From an uncultured cyanobacterium (GTDB lineage Bacteria > Cyanobacteriota > Cyanobacteriia > Cyanobacteriales > CAWCAG01), in contig CAWDOD010000004.1 of the NCBI GenBank assembly GCA_963803805.1, positions 1-64,000 on the forward strand: 64,000 nt of DNA, in the 5' to 3' direction. The notes under the pieces are model-generated. The model did not search any database. It saw only the letters and a list, made by a program, of their open reading frames with translations, and had not been told where the DNA came from. Numbering within the stretch: the stretch's first letter is position 1; each line of letters starts with the position of its first letter. This document shows, piece after piece, positions 1 to 12,109 of the stretch. The translations under genes and the position numbers were made by a program.

Positions 1-293
1 AAATAATTCCCTACTGTTTCCTCAGATTGCTCATCCTATCAAGGAATCCAGGTAAAGGGATCAACTTTTGCCAGAGGTAGAGACAGCAGCATCAGGAACA
101 CTTCCTCTTAAACCCAAACCAAGAATTATGACTAATAAACAAGAGGCGATCACTAATACTTTATCAAATTTTTTCATCCTCTTTAGATCCTCAATTAGTG
201 AAAGTTAAACGGATGCAATATTATCTTTTACCCCTTACCCTTTCCCCTCTCTCCTCAAGTAATCATTAATTATCCATGATCGATTAATAACCC

Positions 294-539
294 CTACCCT
301 AACCAACCTGCACTTAAAACAATAGTTAAAGCAATAAAAGTAATACTAAGGGGCCAGGTAACACGGTTGAGAGTTTTTTCAGCGCTTTTTGTACTAGTAA
401 ATAATTGAGCTTGTCCACCAATACCGCCTATACCATCCCCCTCTTGGGATCTAATAGTACCAAAATTATTAATAATAGAGCGGATGCAGACCAAATAATT
501 TCTACAAGTTGGATCACTGTCATGAAGATAAAATCTCAT
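294..539 (-). pseudogene. secG: Frameshifted mirror copy of secG (indels probably sequencing errors)
   Basis: C-terminal GDGIGGIGGQAQLFTSTKSAEKTLNRVTW matches 12787-13017; N-terminus is out of frame. Confidence 0.8.
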
Positions 540-822
540 AAAATGAAATTTTTTTTCAGTTGTTGGAACAACTAGCTGTTAATGATTATGACTCCTACTC
601 GTTAACTCTATTAGCTATCCTAGACTTATTGCTAGTAGTTTAAAACAACAATCAACTACAATCACTAGTAATACTATTTTTCTTGTGTCGGAGGTACACT
701 TGTTGGGGGTAAGGGTTAAGGGGTTTAATGGTTAAGGTTGAATATCTCGCTTTTTGCCATAGCCTGGGGTAACTAACAGGTGAACTCCTTGCTCTGATTC
801 ATAAGCAGATTTCTTTTTGCAA

Positions 823-3800
823 AATGCTGTCAACAAAAGAGCCATGACAAAGGAGCAATTCGAGGAATTTCTCGCAAAAAGCGTAGACGATTCAAGAGAT
901 ACTGGTGCAGGTTCTAGTCTGGAGAGCCTTCTTCTCCCCAGAACGGCGCATGATTAACTGGATTAGACGCAAGAAAAAGTGTACCTTAGCTGAAGGTGGG
1001 GAAATCATTCAGAGAAGGAACAGGAAATAGTATCCCAAGACTTAAAAGTCTTAATTAAAAAAGGATTCCTCCAAGCTAATCAAGCTGAGGATGAGACTTA
1101 TTCTTGATTCCTTCAGAGCAAAACCAAGGTAAAAACAATTTCTCAAGATTTAAAAAAGATGATTAATGAGCATTGTATGGCTTGCCTTTGGCGTTATGTC
1201 AGTTGTTAGTGAAAGATTAGCAGTAAAATAGTAATAAAGGAGCAGAATTTATCTTAATATTTAACAGACAAATATGCATAAATGTTTAATAATGAATGAT
1301 AAATGACTAACAGTAAATGCTCTATTTTATTCCTTTCGGGGGGAGGAACAGGAAAATCTAATACTACAGCTAATATTGCTGTGAGTGTAGCCCTTAGCTG
1401 GTAAGCGAGTAGCGGTGGTAGATACGGATATTCAATCTCCAGGAATTCATGTTTTGTTTGGTTTTGAAGAAGGACAGATCAAAATTCCCTCAATGATTTT
1501 CTTTGGGGGCATTGTTCAGAGCCAGCCACGATGTCAGTACGTTGCTGCAAAATTCTTCTAGTTCAGGTAAACTTTTTGAGTATTAAAACCGGAGATATTG
1601 CCAGAATTCTTAAAGAAGGTTTTGATTTTGATTTGCTTCGTGATGGCTTTTACGAGTTAATTGATGAGTTGAAATTAGATTATCTTTTATTGATACCCAC
1701 CCAGGTTTAAATGAAGAAACACTGCTTTCAATTAGTATTTCCGATATTATGATTATTTGTCTCTATAGTCAAGATTTTCAAGGAACTGTGTGACGGTGGA
1801 AGTTGCCCGTCGCTTGGGGGTTCCTAAGTTATTATTGATGATTAATAAAGCTTTACCTAACCTCGATTTTGGTGATTTGAAAAAGAAAGTCGGAAAAAAC
1901 TTACAATGTTCCATTCGGCAGGGATTTTACCCCATTCAGAAGATATGATGCAACTCCAAAGTAACGGTATTTTTTATCTACACATGCCTAACTCATCGTT
2001 TAAGTAAGGTTATTGCTTCTGCTGGGAGACTTTATTAATGATGCCTAACGGCAACGGCAAGCTGTAATATGATTAATGCTCATTGAGCAGTAAACTTACA
2101 GTTTTAAAAGCTAAAAAGAACTTGAGACTGAGGGAAGGACAATTTGGGGCTTTTAGGCTTATCTCCTCGTCAAAGAAATATTGTTAATTGGATACGCAGA
2201 GAAAATAGGGAAGTAACCTTACAGAAATTGCTACTCACTTGCAACAAGATGAAGCAGTGATTAGTGGAGAACTTAATTTCCTGGTTCAAGGAGAACTTTT
2301 TACAAGCCAGTATTGTTGAAGGAGAAACCTTCTATAACCGTAAGTTAGGAGTTAAACAAGGGGCGAGAATACAGGAGATATTAGAACAATCTCTGACTCC
2401 TGGTAAACCCTTGGTGATTATTATTAACCCTTCTGGGGAAATGGTTGCTACTTCCGGTTCTAAGAGTTGGGGGTGACAGTATCTAACCAAGGCAACCAGA
2501 GTGCTTTAATCAATTCCTTGCTATTGACGAAACTTCAGAATTTGTTTATCAATGGTGTCGTTCCCTCACGAAATCTTAGCCCTTGGTTTGGGGGCAAACT
2601 AGTGAAATATTTTTCCAATTTGTATTCCGGCTGAAGCATTGCCGGATGCTTACAAATTATCTCCTCAAAATTGATGCCCAGGAACATTATCCCGAACATA
2701 CTCCTATCCTTAATCCTGGTAGATTGCGGGTTATTCCTTTTATTCAAGGAGCCCTAACTGTTAATGACCCAACTTTTAGCATTTTACCCATCACAAGTTC
2801 TGTTCAACCTGCTATTGTCCAAATTGGCGAAGCCCTGATTATGCAGGCGGTTGTTCGAACCGCACCAGAATAGCATCGTTTTCCGTTTAGCTGCCTGATT
2901 TTTGGTTTGGATTGGCTCAGTGTTAGATATCCTGGTAAGGTTTGCAGGAATTGGGCTTGGTGGTGGCGAATACAGGGTTGGGGTTGAATCCAGGGAACAA
3001 GGGGAAATTGATATTTTGTTTCAACCCCCTTTAGGAACTTTAGCGGGGTTTATGCCCCCACTCTACGTCTTTATTCTTCTAACAATCCTGATTTAGCGCT
3101 TCTGGATATTGTTTGTCTGCAAGTACCAGGAGTCTATTTATTAGATATTGAACTGGTAACTGTAGTTGGGACAATTAGGAATGAGGCAGGAATTTTTGAG
3201 TTACGTTTGTACAATGGCGGAATACTCCCCGTGAATTGAGGCTATATGCCAGAGAGATAGATGGGGGAGGAGTTTGCAGTTATCGATTGATTCCAGAAGA
3301 ATTAACTCTCGTTACCAGGAGAGTCAGCCGCTGGTCGAATTAGAAGTACAACCACAAAAATCCTGGCGCAGACCCTTTTATGGACGACCATCCAACTTTG
3401 CAGTGGAAGTTGAAGATGTACACAGTTACCGTCACCGTTTTCAAGCAACTTTAGTTGGCAATCTCGCCCTTGGCGGATTTTTTATTAGTTGCTTTAGCTG
3501 TTTTAGGGCTGATTGCCACTCTAATTTTCTTGATTTGGTGGTTATTGCGCCCTAAACCCTTACCCCAAAATGCAAATGTTCCTGACAATAGCACCTATCG
3601 AGAAGCGAATGAAGATGTAGTAAGTTTAAGTTGGCGCATTGACAATCCGCGCCGCATTAAAACTTTGCAAATATCTGGTGCGCCTCCCCTGATGGCTTAT
3701 TAACTAGTGAACCAGTTGTATATGATTTTCGCAATGTACCTGATGAGCGGCAGGGTTTTGTAACAGGCTCAGGAATCGGTTTGTCAGAATGTTCCCACTA

Positions 3801-5001
3801 TGCCCGTAAAGCAGGGGATTATGTTTTTGAGTTAACCTTAATTCCGGAAGGGGACGTAAAAAAGGGGCTGTAGGCCTGTTTGAATTACGGGCATTCCTGT
3901 TCCCCAAATATTGGAAAGTTTGCGGCTACAGAACCCCAATATCAAGAAACCCAAAAAATTGCCCTTACTCAACCACAGCAAGAAAGAAATACTCCGCAAC
4001 CTCGCGTTAGTCCTGGCATCCGTTTGAATTGGAAAAATGCGATGCAGACCAAATTAAGGAGTTAAAGTTGGAGCAAAAGCCTGATGGTTCCGTTAATAGT
4101 AAAGCAAGAACCTTTAAGTTTGATACGCCCATCTTTAAGAAGTTAGCTAGATTATGTTCCCAGGAAGAGAATACTAACCAAGCCCTTTGCAAACGGGGTA
4201 AGAATCTTAAGGAGGTCACAGAAATGCGGCTGAAAGTAATCAAACTCAGCAACTATGTCAGAATGCTCGCATATCCCTCTAGGGTTATGTTATTGTTAAA
4301 TTAGAGTTAACCTGCCAGTCTGTAACTACAGGGGCAAGTAGGGCAGGAAGTTACATTTTTCGAATTAACTCCAGTTCCCAAAGAGAAACCAGAAGAACCC
4401 ATTGAACCAGCCCAAACCGATACTATCAAGGTAATTGCTCAACCTATACCTTTTGAAATTGTCAAATGTTTACCATTAACGGTGTTGATGCCCAACCTAA
4501 GTATTCTGTACCCATTAACAAAGAACAACCAACGCCAATTATTATTGAGTGGCAAGTTGTGGGGGGCAAAGATATTAAAGGTCGTAGTTGCTACCTTCCC
4601 CAGGGACTAAATAAGGAAGGAAACAGCAGCCTATCCTTTGGGTAAGGAACCGGTAGCGAGACAATTATCCTCCAAGTAACTAATGCAGAAGGGGAACAAA
4701 AAAGTCGTTCGTGACGATTGAGGCTTTTTCTTCCGGAAGAAGATGTAGAAGAAGGGACAGACGGGGCAGAAGCACAAGAAGATAAAGACGGGCAGAGGGA
4801 GAAGAAAAGGGGCAGAAGGGGCAGAAGCACAAGAAGGTAAAGACGGGGCAGAAGGAGAGTCTGAGGGGGAAAAAGCTGCTGGGAAAGAGGGAGAAAGAGG
4901 GAAGAAGGAGAGGGCGCACCACCTCCTTTACCAGCTGGGGCTTCTCCACCCATACCTCCAGGGCGTACTCGCCAATTGATTTACCGCCAGCGATACAATA
5001 A
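823..5001 (+). pseudogene. Frameshifted mirror copy of the wHTH, MinD-like and large membrane protein genes
   Basis: Short ORFs at 2264-4304 translate to pieces of the proteins encoded at 8153-11128; the DNA at ~823-2040 mirrors 11211-12475. Confidence 0.85.
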
Positions 5002-5033
5002 CTTAAGAAGTAATCAGTAATTAAGTTTATTTA

Positions 5034-6376
5034 ATGCCTACCCTATTAGTTAAAAATATCCATACCCTAGCTACCATGGATGATGAACGGCGTGAAATTC
5101 GACATGGTGGGTTGTTAGTTAGGGATAATGTTATTGAACAAGTAGGGACAACTTCAGAATTACCTAACACAGCAGATGAAATTCTGGATTTAAAAGATAA
5201 ACATCTAGTTTTGCCTGGTTTGGTAAATACCCATCATCCTCTCACTTTTTCCAAACCTTAACTCGCGTCACACCCGCACGGCGATTTATTTCTAATGGCT
5301 AACCGCACATTATCCCCTTTGGTCTCTTACTGGGGAAGGGATATATTATAGTTCTCAAATGGCAGCCGCAGAGTTGATTCTATCTGGCTGTACCACCGCT
5401 AGTGATTCAAATTATTATCTATTTCCTAATGATTGTAACTCTATTAAACAAAATCCGTGCAGTTGAGGAAATTGGTTTGCGGTTCCATGCTAGTCGGGGC
5501 AGTATGAATGTGGGGGAAAGAGAATTGCCTTTAAGAGAGAGCTATTTTGAAAAGATTCCCAAAGATTAATTGAGCAATACCATAACAATAACCCCTATCT
5601 TGGATGGTGCGGATAGTTCTCGCCCCTTGTTCACCTTTTTCCGTTTCTCAAGACTTGATGCGAGAAGTCGGCAGCCATGGCTAGGTACCAGGGGTAAGAT
5701 TGCAGACCCATTTAGCCGAAAATAAAGGGGATGTGGAATATAGTTTGTCCAAATTTAATTTAATTCCTGGGGACTATGCAGAATCTGTAGGTTGGCTAGG
5801 AAATGATGTTTGGCACGCCCATTGTGTTAAGTTAAGCGATCGCTCAATCTCTAAATTCGGACAAACTACTGGTGTGGCACACGGCCCTTGTAGATACTGC
5901 GTCTGGCAAGTGGTATTGCACCAATTCGCAAACTGCTTGATGCTAATGTTCCCGTTGGTTTAGGTGTAGATGGGGCAGCTTCTAATGATGCTACAAACTT
6001 ACTTCATGAAGCCCGCAGCGCCTTTTTATTACTGCCCGCGTTAAGGATGAGGATGCTTCGGTGATGACTGCCCGCGATGCTTTAAAAATTGCCACCAGAG
6101 GGGGAGCAAAAGTTTTAGGTAGAGATGGATATCGGTTATCTTGCCCCAGGTATGGCAGCAGATTTTATTGCTGTTTAATTTGGATAAACCCGCTTTTGTG
6201 GGAACACAATAATACTCCCGTTTGGAGCATTAATTTATTGTCAAACTGATTATGTAGATTATAGTTTTATTAATGGTAAAAAAATTGTAGTAAACAAGGC
6301 ACATTGACTACTGTTGAATTAGCAACATTAACGGGAAAAAGTTAATCAAATTGCAGTCAAACTGGTTACACAATAA
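5034..6376 (+). pseudogene. Frameshifted mirror copy of the amidohydrolase gene
   Basis: MPTLLVKNIHTL..., THLAENKGDVEY... and MTARDALKIATRGG match 6759-8120. Confidence 0.88.
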
Positions 6377-6598
6377 AAGCAGTAGTTCTTACCTATTAGC
6401 TATTAGCTATTCAGCTATCACCTATTACTTTCCCAAGTGTCAAAATTACGCTTCACCCAATCCATACGAGCAGAATGGGGAGTCATACCTAAGTTAATAG
6501 CTGCTTCATCGACAAAAACGAGTTTTTCTACCTGCAATAATCTTCGTTTAGTGATTCAACCACAATAGCATTGTCGGTTGAATCACTAAACGAAGATT

Positions 6599-6718
6599 AT
6601 TCAGGTAGAAAAACTCGTTTTTGTCGATGAAGCAGCTATTAACTTAGGTATGACTCCCCATTCTGCTCGTATGGATTGGGTGAAGCGTAATTTTGACACT
6701 TGGGAAAGTAATAGGTGA
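6599..6718 (+). mobile_element. IS630-family transposase remnant (first catalytic Asp region)
   Basis: Own translation: IQVEKLVFVDEAAINLGMTPHSAR, resembling the LVFIDEsGxNLxMxRxYAR motif of IS630 DDE transposases. No start codon or terminal repeats seen. Confidence 0.6.
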
Positions 6719-6758
6719 TAGCTAATAGCTAATAGCTAATAGGTAAGAACTACTGCTT

Positions 6759-8120
6759 TTATTGTGTAACCAGTTTGACTGCAATTTGATTAACTTTTTC
6801 CGTTAATGTTGCTAATTCAACAGTAGTCAATGTGCCTTGTTCTACAATTTTTTTACCATTAATAAAACTATAATCTACATAATCAGTTTGACAATAAATT
6901 AATGCTGCAACGGGATCTTGTTGTGTTCCCACAAAAGCGGGTTTATCCAAATTAACAGCAATAAAATCTGCTGCCATACCTGGGGCAAGATAACCGATAT
7001 CATCTCTACCTAAAACTTTTGCTCCCCCTCTGGTGGCAATTTTTAAAGCATCGCGGGCAGTCATCACCGAAGCATCCTCATCCTTAACGCGGGCTAATAA
7101 AAAGGCGCTGCGGGCTTCATGAAGTAAGTTTGTAGCATCATTAGAAGCTGCCCCATCTACACCTAAACCAACGGGAACATTCGCGTCGAGCATTTTGCGA
7201 ATTGGTGCAATACCACTTGCCAGACGCATATTGCTACAAGGGCAGTGTGCCACACCAGTGCCAGTTTGTCCGAATTTAGAGATTGAGCGATCGCTTAACT
7301 TAACACAATGGGCGTGCCAAACATCATTTCCTAGCCAACCTACAGATTCTGCATAGTCCCCAGGAATTAAATTAAATTTGGACAAACTATATTCCACATC
7401 CCCTTTATTTTCGGCTAAATGGGTATGCAATCTTACCCCTGAATAGCTTCTAGCCATGGCTGCCGACTCTCGCATCAAGTCTTGAGAAACGGAAAAAGGT
7501 GAACAAGGGGCGAGAACTATCCGCACCATAGAATAGGGGTTATTGTTATGGTATTGCTCAATTAATCTTTGGGAATCTTTTAAAATAGCTGCTTCTTTTT
7601 CCACCAGAAAATCTGGAGGCAAACCGCCGTTACTTTCCCCCACACTCATACTGCCCCGACTAGCATGGAACCGCAAACCAATTTCCTCAACTGCACGGAT
7701 TTGTTGATCAAGGGTACAATCATTAGGAAATAGATAATGATGATCACTAGCGGTAGTACAGCCAGATAGAATCAACTCTGCGGCTGCCATTTGAGAACTA
7801 TAATATATCCCTTCCCCAGTAAGATTAGACCAAAGGGGATAATGTGCGGTTAGCCATTGAAATAAATCGCCATTTTGCCCTGCGGGTGTGACGCGAGTTA
7901 AGGTTTGGAAAAAGTGATGATGGGTATTTACCAAACCAGGCAAAACTAGATGTTTATCTTTTAAATCCAGAATTTCATCTGCTGTGTTAGGTAATTCTGA
8001 AGTTGTCCCTACTTGTTCAATAACATTATCCCTAACTAACAACCCACCATGTCGAATTTCACGCCGTTCATCATCCATGGTGACTAGGGTATGGATATTT
8101 TTAACTAATAGGGTAGGCAT
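6759..8120 (-). CDS. Metal-dependent amidohydrolase, 8-oxoguanine deaminase / AtzB-like
   Basis: PGLVNTHHH, HTHLAE, AHCPCSNMRLASG and GVDGAASND motifs; 453 aa. Confidence 0.85.
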   Translation of the reverse strand: MPTLLVKNIHTLVTMDDERREIRHGGLLVRDNVIEQVGTTSELPNTADEILDLKDKHLVLPGLVNTHHHFFQTLTRVTPAGQNGDLFQWLTAHYPLWSNLTGEGIYYSSQMAAAELILSGCTTASDHHYLFPNDCTLDQQIRAVEEIGLRFHASRGSMSVGESNGGLPPDFLVEKEAAILKDSQRLIEQYHNNNPYSMVRIVLAPCSPFSVSQDLMRESAAMARSYSGVRLHTHLAENKGDVEYSLSKFNLIPGDYAESVGWLGNDVWHAHCVKLSDRSISKFGQTGTGVAHCPCSNMRLASGIAPIRKMLDANVPVGLGVDGAASNDATNLLHEARSAFLLARVKDEDASVMTARDALKIATRGGAKVLGRDDIGYLAPGMAADFIAVNLDKPAFVGTQQDPVAALIYCQTDYVDYSFINGKKIVEQGTLTTVELATLTEKVNQIAVKLVTQ

Positions 8121-8152
8121 TAAATAAACTTAATTACTGATTACTTCTTAAG

Positions 8153-11128
8153 TTATTGTATCGCTGGCGGTAAATCAATTGGCGGAGGAGAATTACGCCC
8201 TGGAGGTATGGGTGGAGAAGCCCCAGGGGGTTCTGGTAAAGGAGGTGGTGCGCCGTCTCCTTCTTCCTCTTTTCCCGCTTTCCCAGCAGCTTTTTCCCCC
8301 TCAGACTCTCCCTTCTGCCCCGTCTTTACCTTCTTGTGCTTCTGCCCCATCTGCCCCTTTTTCTTCTCCCTCTGCCCCGTCTTTATCTTCTTGTGCTTCT
8401 GCCCCTCTGCCCCGTCTGTCCCTTCTTCTACATCTTCTTCCGGTAGGAAACTTTCGATCGTCACAGAACGACTTTTTTGTTCTCCTTCTGCATTAGTTAC
8501 TTGGAGGATAATCGTCTCGCTACCTGGTTCTTTACCCAAAGGATAGGTTGCTCTACCTTCCTTATTTACAGTGCCTGGGGAAGGTAGCAACTCAACCTTA
8601 ATATCTTTGCCCCCCACAACTTGCCACTCAATAATAATTGGTGTGGGTTGTTCTGTGTTGACGGGTACAGAATACTTAGGCAGGGCATCAACACCGTTGA
8701 TGGTAAATTTAGTAATTTCAAAAGGTACAGGTTGAGCAATTACCTTGATAGTATCGGTTTGCGCTGGTTCGATGGGTTCTTCTGGTTTTTCTTTGGGGAC
8801 TGGAGTTAATTCAAAAATGTAACTTCCCGCTTTACTTGCTCCTGTAGGTACAGACTGGCAGGTTAACTCTAATTTAACGATTGTACAAAACCGGTCTAAC
8901 CCTAGAGGAATGCGGGCATTTTGACATAGTTGCTGGTTGGGTTACTTTCACACAGTTCTACCAACTGCTGAAGATTTTTACCCCGTTTGCAAAGGGCTTG
9001 GTTCGTATTCTCTTCTTGGGAACATAACCTGGCTAACTTCTGGGGATTAATTTGGTCAAAGTTAAAGGTTCTTTCTTTGCTACTCACAGAACCATCGGGG
9101 GCTTTTCCCTCCAATTTCAACTCTTTAATTTGGTCTGCATCGCTAATTTTCCAATTCAAACGGATACCCGCGACAGGTCTTACTGGAGGTTGGGGGGTAT
9201 CTTCTCCTGGCTGAGACTGAGGAATAGCAACCGCAACAACTGGGGTTTCTTGGTATTGGGGTTCTGTTGCGGCAAACTCTAATACTTAGGGAACAGGAAT
9301 GCCGGTAATCCTGACAGCATTTGTTTTTGCTGTTTCCGCAGCGCCTCTTCTGCGTCCTTCCGGAATTAAGGTTAATTCAAAAACATAATCCCCCGCTTTA
9401 CGGGCATCGGTAGGAACATTTTGACAAACCAATTCCTGTGCTTGTTCACAAAAACCGACTAATTCTTCTGGGATGCCATTCCTAAAATCGTAAACAATTG
9501 GTTCACTACTTAATAACCCATCGGGTGAAGACCCAGATATTTGCAAAGTCTTGATGCGACGCGGATTGTCAATGCGCCAACTTAAACTTATTACATCTTC
9601 ATTCGCTTCTTGATAGGTGCTACTGTCAGGGACAAATTCTACAATTTGGGGTAAGGGTTTAGGACGCAATAACCACCAAATCAAGAAGATTAGAGTGGCA
9701 ATCAGCCCTAAGACAGCTAAAGCAACTAATAAAAAATGCCACCAAGGGCGAGATTGCCAAACTAAAGTTGCTTGAAAACGGTCGTTAATTAATGGTAACT
9801 GCTGTACATCTTCAACTTCCACTGCAAAGTTGATGGTGCGTCCATAAAAGGGTCTGCGCCAGGATTTTTGTGGTTGTACTTCTAATTCAACCAGGGCTGA
9901 CTCTCCTGGTAACAAGAGTAGTTCTTCTGGAATCAATCGATAACTGCAAACTCCTCCCCCATCTATCTCTCTGGCATATAGTCTCAATTCACGGGGAGTA
10001 TTGCCGCGATTGTACAAACGTAACTCAAAAATTCCTGCCTCATTCCTAATTGTCCCAACTACAGTTACCAGTTCAATATCTAATAAATAGACTCCTGGTA
10101 CTTGCAGATAAACAATATCCAGAAGCGCTAAGTCAGGATTGTTGGAAGAAAAAAGACGTAGAGTGGGGGCATAAACTCCGGCCAAAGTTCCTAAAGGAGG
10201 TTGAAACAAAGATGGTCGATTTCCCCTTGTTCCCCTGGATTCAACTCTAAGCCAGTATTCGCTACTACTAAACCCAATTCCTGCAAACCTTCAGGATACC
10301 TGACACTGAGCCAATCCAAACCAAAGTCAGGGCAGCTTAAACGGAAACGATCTACCCGTCGGTGCGGTTCCGAACAATCGCCTGCATAATCAGGGCTTCG
10401 CCAATTTGGACAATAGCAGGTTGAACGGAACTTGTGATGGGTAAAATGCTAAAAGTTGGGTCATTAACGGTTAGGGCTTCTTGAATAAAAGGAATAACCC
10501 GCAATCTACCGGGATTAAGGATAGGAGTATGTTCGGGATAATGTTCCTGGGCATCAATTTTGAGGAGATAATTGTAAGCATCCGGCAATGCTTCAGCCGG
10601 AATATCAAATTGAAAAAATACTTCGCTAGTTTGCCCCAAACCAAGGGCTAAACGTTCGTGAGGGGAACGACACCATTGATAAACAAATTCTGAAGTTTCG
10701 TCAATAGCTAGATCAATTAAAGCACTCTGGTTGCCTTGGTTAGATACTGTCACCCCCAACTCTACCGTAGAACCGGAAGTAGCAACCATTTCCCCAGAAG
10801 GGTTAATAATAATCACCAAGGGTTTACCAGGAGTCAGAGATTGTTCTAATATCTCCTGTATTCTCGCCCCTTGTTTAACTCCTAACTTACGGTTATAGAA
10901 GGTTTCTCCTTCAACAATATTGGCTTGTAAAAAGTTCTCTTGAACCAGGAAATTAAGTTCTCCACTAATCACTGCTTCATCTTGTTGCAAGTGAGTAGCA
11001 ATTTCTGTTAAGGTTACTTCCCTATTTTCTCTGCGTATCCAATTAACAATATTTCTTTGACGAGGAGATAAGCCTAAAAGCCCCGCCATTGTTGTTCCTT
11101 CCTCAGTATTAAACCCGTCGCCCCTCAT
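8153..11128 (-). CDS. Reconstructed ~990-codon membrane protein: N-terminal winged helix, Ig-like (COG1470-like) repeats, one TM helix, two Cys-containing repeats, acidic and Pro-rich tail; split by frameshifts and one in-frame stop
   Basis: ORFs 10352-11128, 9286-10209, 8902-9159 and 8153-8617 join through lesions near 10355, 10212, 9287 (TAA where the mirror copy has CAA) and 8938. TM segment WWHFLLVALAVLGLIATLIFLIWWLL. Confidence 0.75.
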
Positions 11129-11180
11129 TATTTCTTTTTAGCTTTTAAAACTGTAAGTTTACTGCTCAATGAGCATTGAT

Positions 11181-11213
11181 CATTGTACGGCTTGCCGTTG
11201 CCGTTAGGCATCA
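11181..11213 (-). repeat. 33-bp dispersed REP-like element, copy 1
   Basis: Minus strand TGATGCCTAACGGCAACGGCAAGCCGTACAATG; near-identical copies at 12076 and 14860. Confidence 0.8.
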
Positions 11214-11975
11214 TTGATCAAGTTCTTTAGCCACAGAAGCAATAACCTTACTTAAAGGATGGTTAGGCTGGTGTAGATAAAAAATACCGTTACTTTGGAG
11301 TTGCATCATATCTTCTGAATGGGGTAAAATCCCTGCCAATGGAACATTGTAAGTTTTTTCGACTTTCTTTTTCAAATCACCAAAATCGAGGTTAGGTAAA
11401 GCTTTATTAATCATCAATAATAACTTAGGAACCCCCAAGCGACGGGCAACTTCCACCGTCACAGCAGTTCCTTGAAAATCTTGACTATCGGGACGCAAGA
11501 CAATAATCATAATATCGGAAATACTAATTGAAAGCAGTGTTTCTTCATTTAAACCTGGGTGGGTATCAATAAAAAGATAATCTAATTTCAACTCATCAAT
11601 TAACTCGTAAAAGCCATCACAAAGCAAATCAAAATCAAAACCTTCTTTAAGAATTCTGGCAATATCTCCGGTTTTAATACTAGAAGGAATCAGAAAAATT
11701 TTACCTGAACTAGAAGAATTTTGCAGCAACGTACTGACATCGTAGCTAGCTTCTTTAATAGAACAATGCCCCCAAAGAAAATCATTGAGGGAATTTTGAA
11801 TCTGTCCTTCTTCAAAACCAAACAAAACATGAATTCCTGGAGATTGAATATCCGTATCTACCACCGCTACTCGCTTACCACTAAGGGCTACACTCGCAGC
11901 AATATTAGCTGTAGTATTAGATTTTCCTGTTCCTCCCCGAAAGGAATGAATAGAGACGATTTTACTGTTAGTCAT
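11211..11975 (-). CDS. MinD/ParA-family ATPase
   Basis: Deviant Walker A SFRGGTGKS, VDTDIQSPG and IDTHPG motifs; 254 aa; no obvious C-terminal membrane-targeting helix. Confidence 0.9.
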   Translation of the reverse strand: MTNSKIVSIHSFRGGTGKSNTTANIAASVALSGKRVAVVDTDIQSPGIHVLFGFEEGQIQNSLNDFLWGHCSIKEASYDVSTLLQNSSSSGKIFLIPSSIKTGDIARILKEGFDFDLLCDGFYELIDELKLDYLFIDTHPGLNEETLLSISISDIMIIVLRPDSQDFQGTAVTVEVARRLGVPKLLLMINKALPNLDFGDLKKKVEKTYNVPLAGILPHSEDMMQLQSNGIFYLHQPNHPLSKVIASVAKELDQ

Positions 11976-12075
11976 TTATCATTCATTATTAAACATTTAT
12001 GATTGTTCCTCTGTTAAATATTAAGATAAACCCTGCTCCTTTATTACTATTTACTGCTAATCTTTCACTAACAAC

Positions 12076-12108
12076 TGACACCTAACGCCAAAGGCAAGCC
12101 ATACAATG
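12076..12108 (+). repeat. 33-bp dispersed REP-like element, copy 2
   Basis: TGACACCTAACGCCAAAGGCAAGCCATACAATG. Confidence 0.75.
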
Positions 12109-12109
12109 C

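Noticed and set aside
294-6249. Many short ORFs that look like novel small genes
   Set aside because: All are frameshifted fragments or antisense readings of the mirrored 6759-13306 genes.
1-6566. Ancient inverted duplication decaying into pseudogenes
   Set aside because: Not excluded, but dense small indels alongside near-identical stretches and an exact fold point fit uncorrected long-read sequence better.
3600-9600. Diversity-generating retroelement template/variable repeat pair
   Set aside because: Differences are synonymous-biased rather than adenine-specific, and no reverse transcriptase is present.
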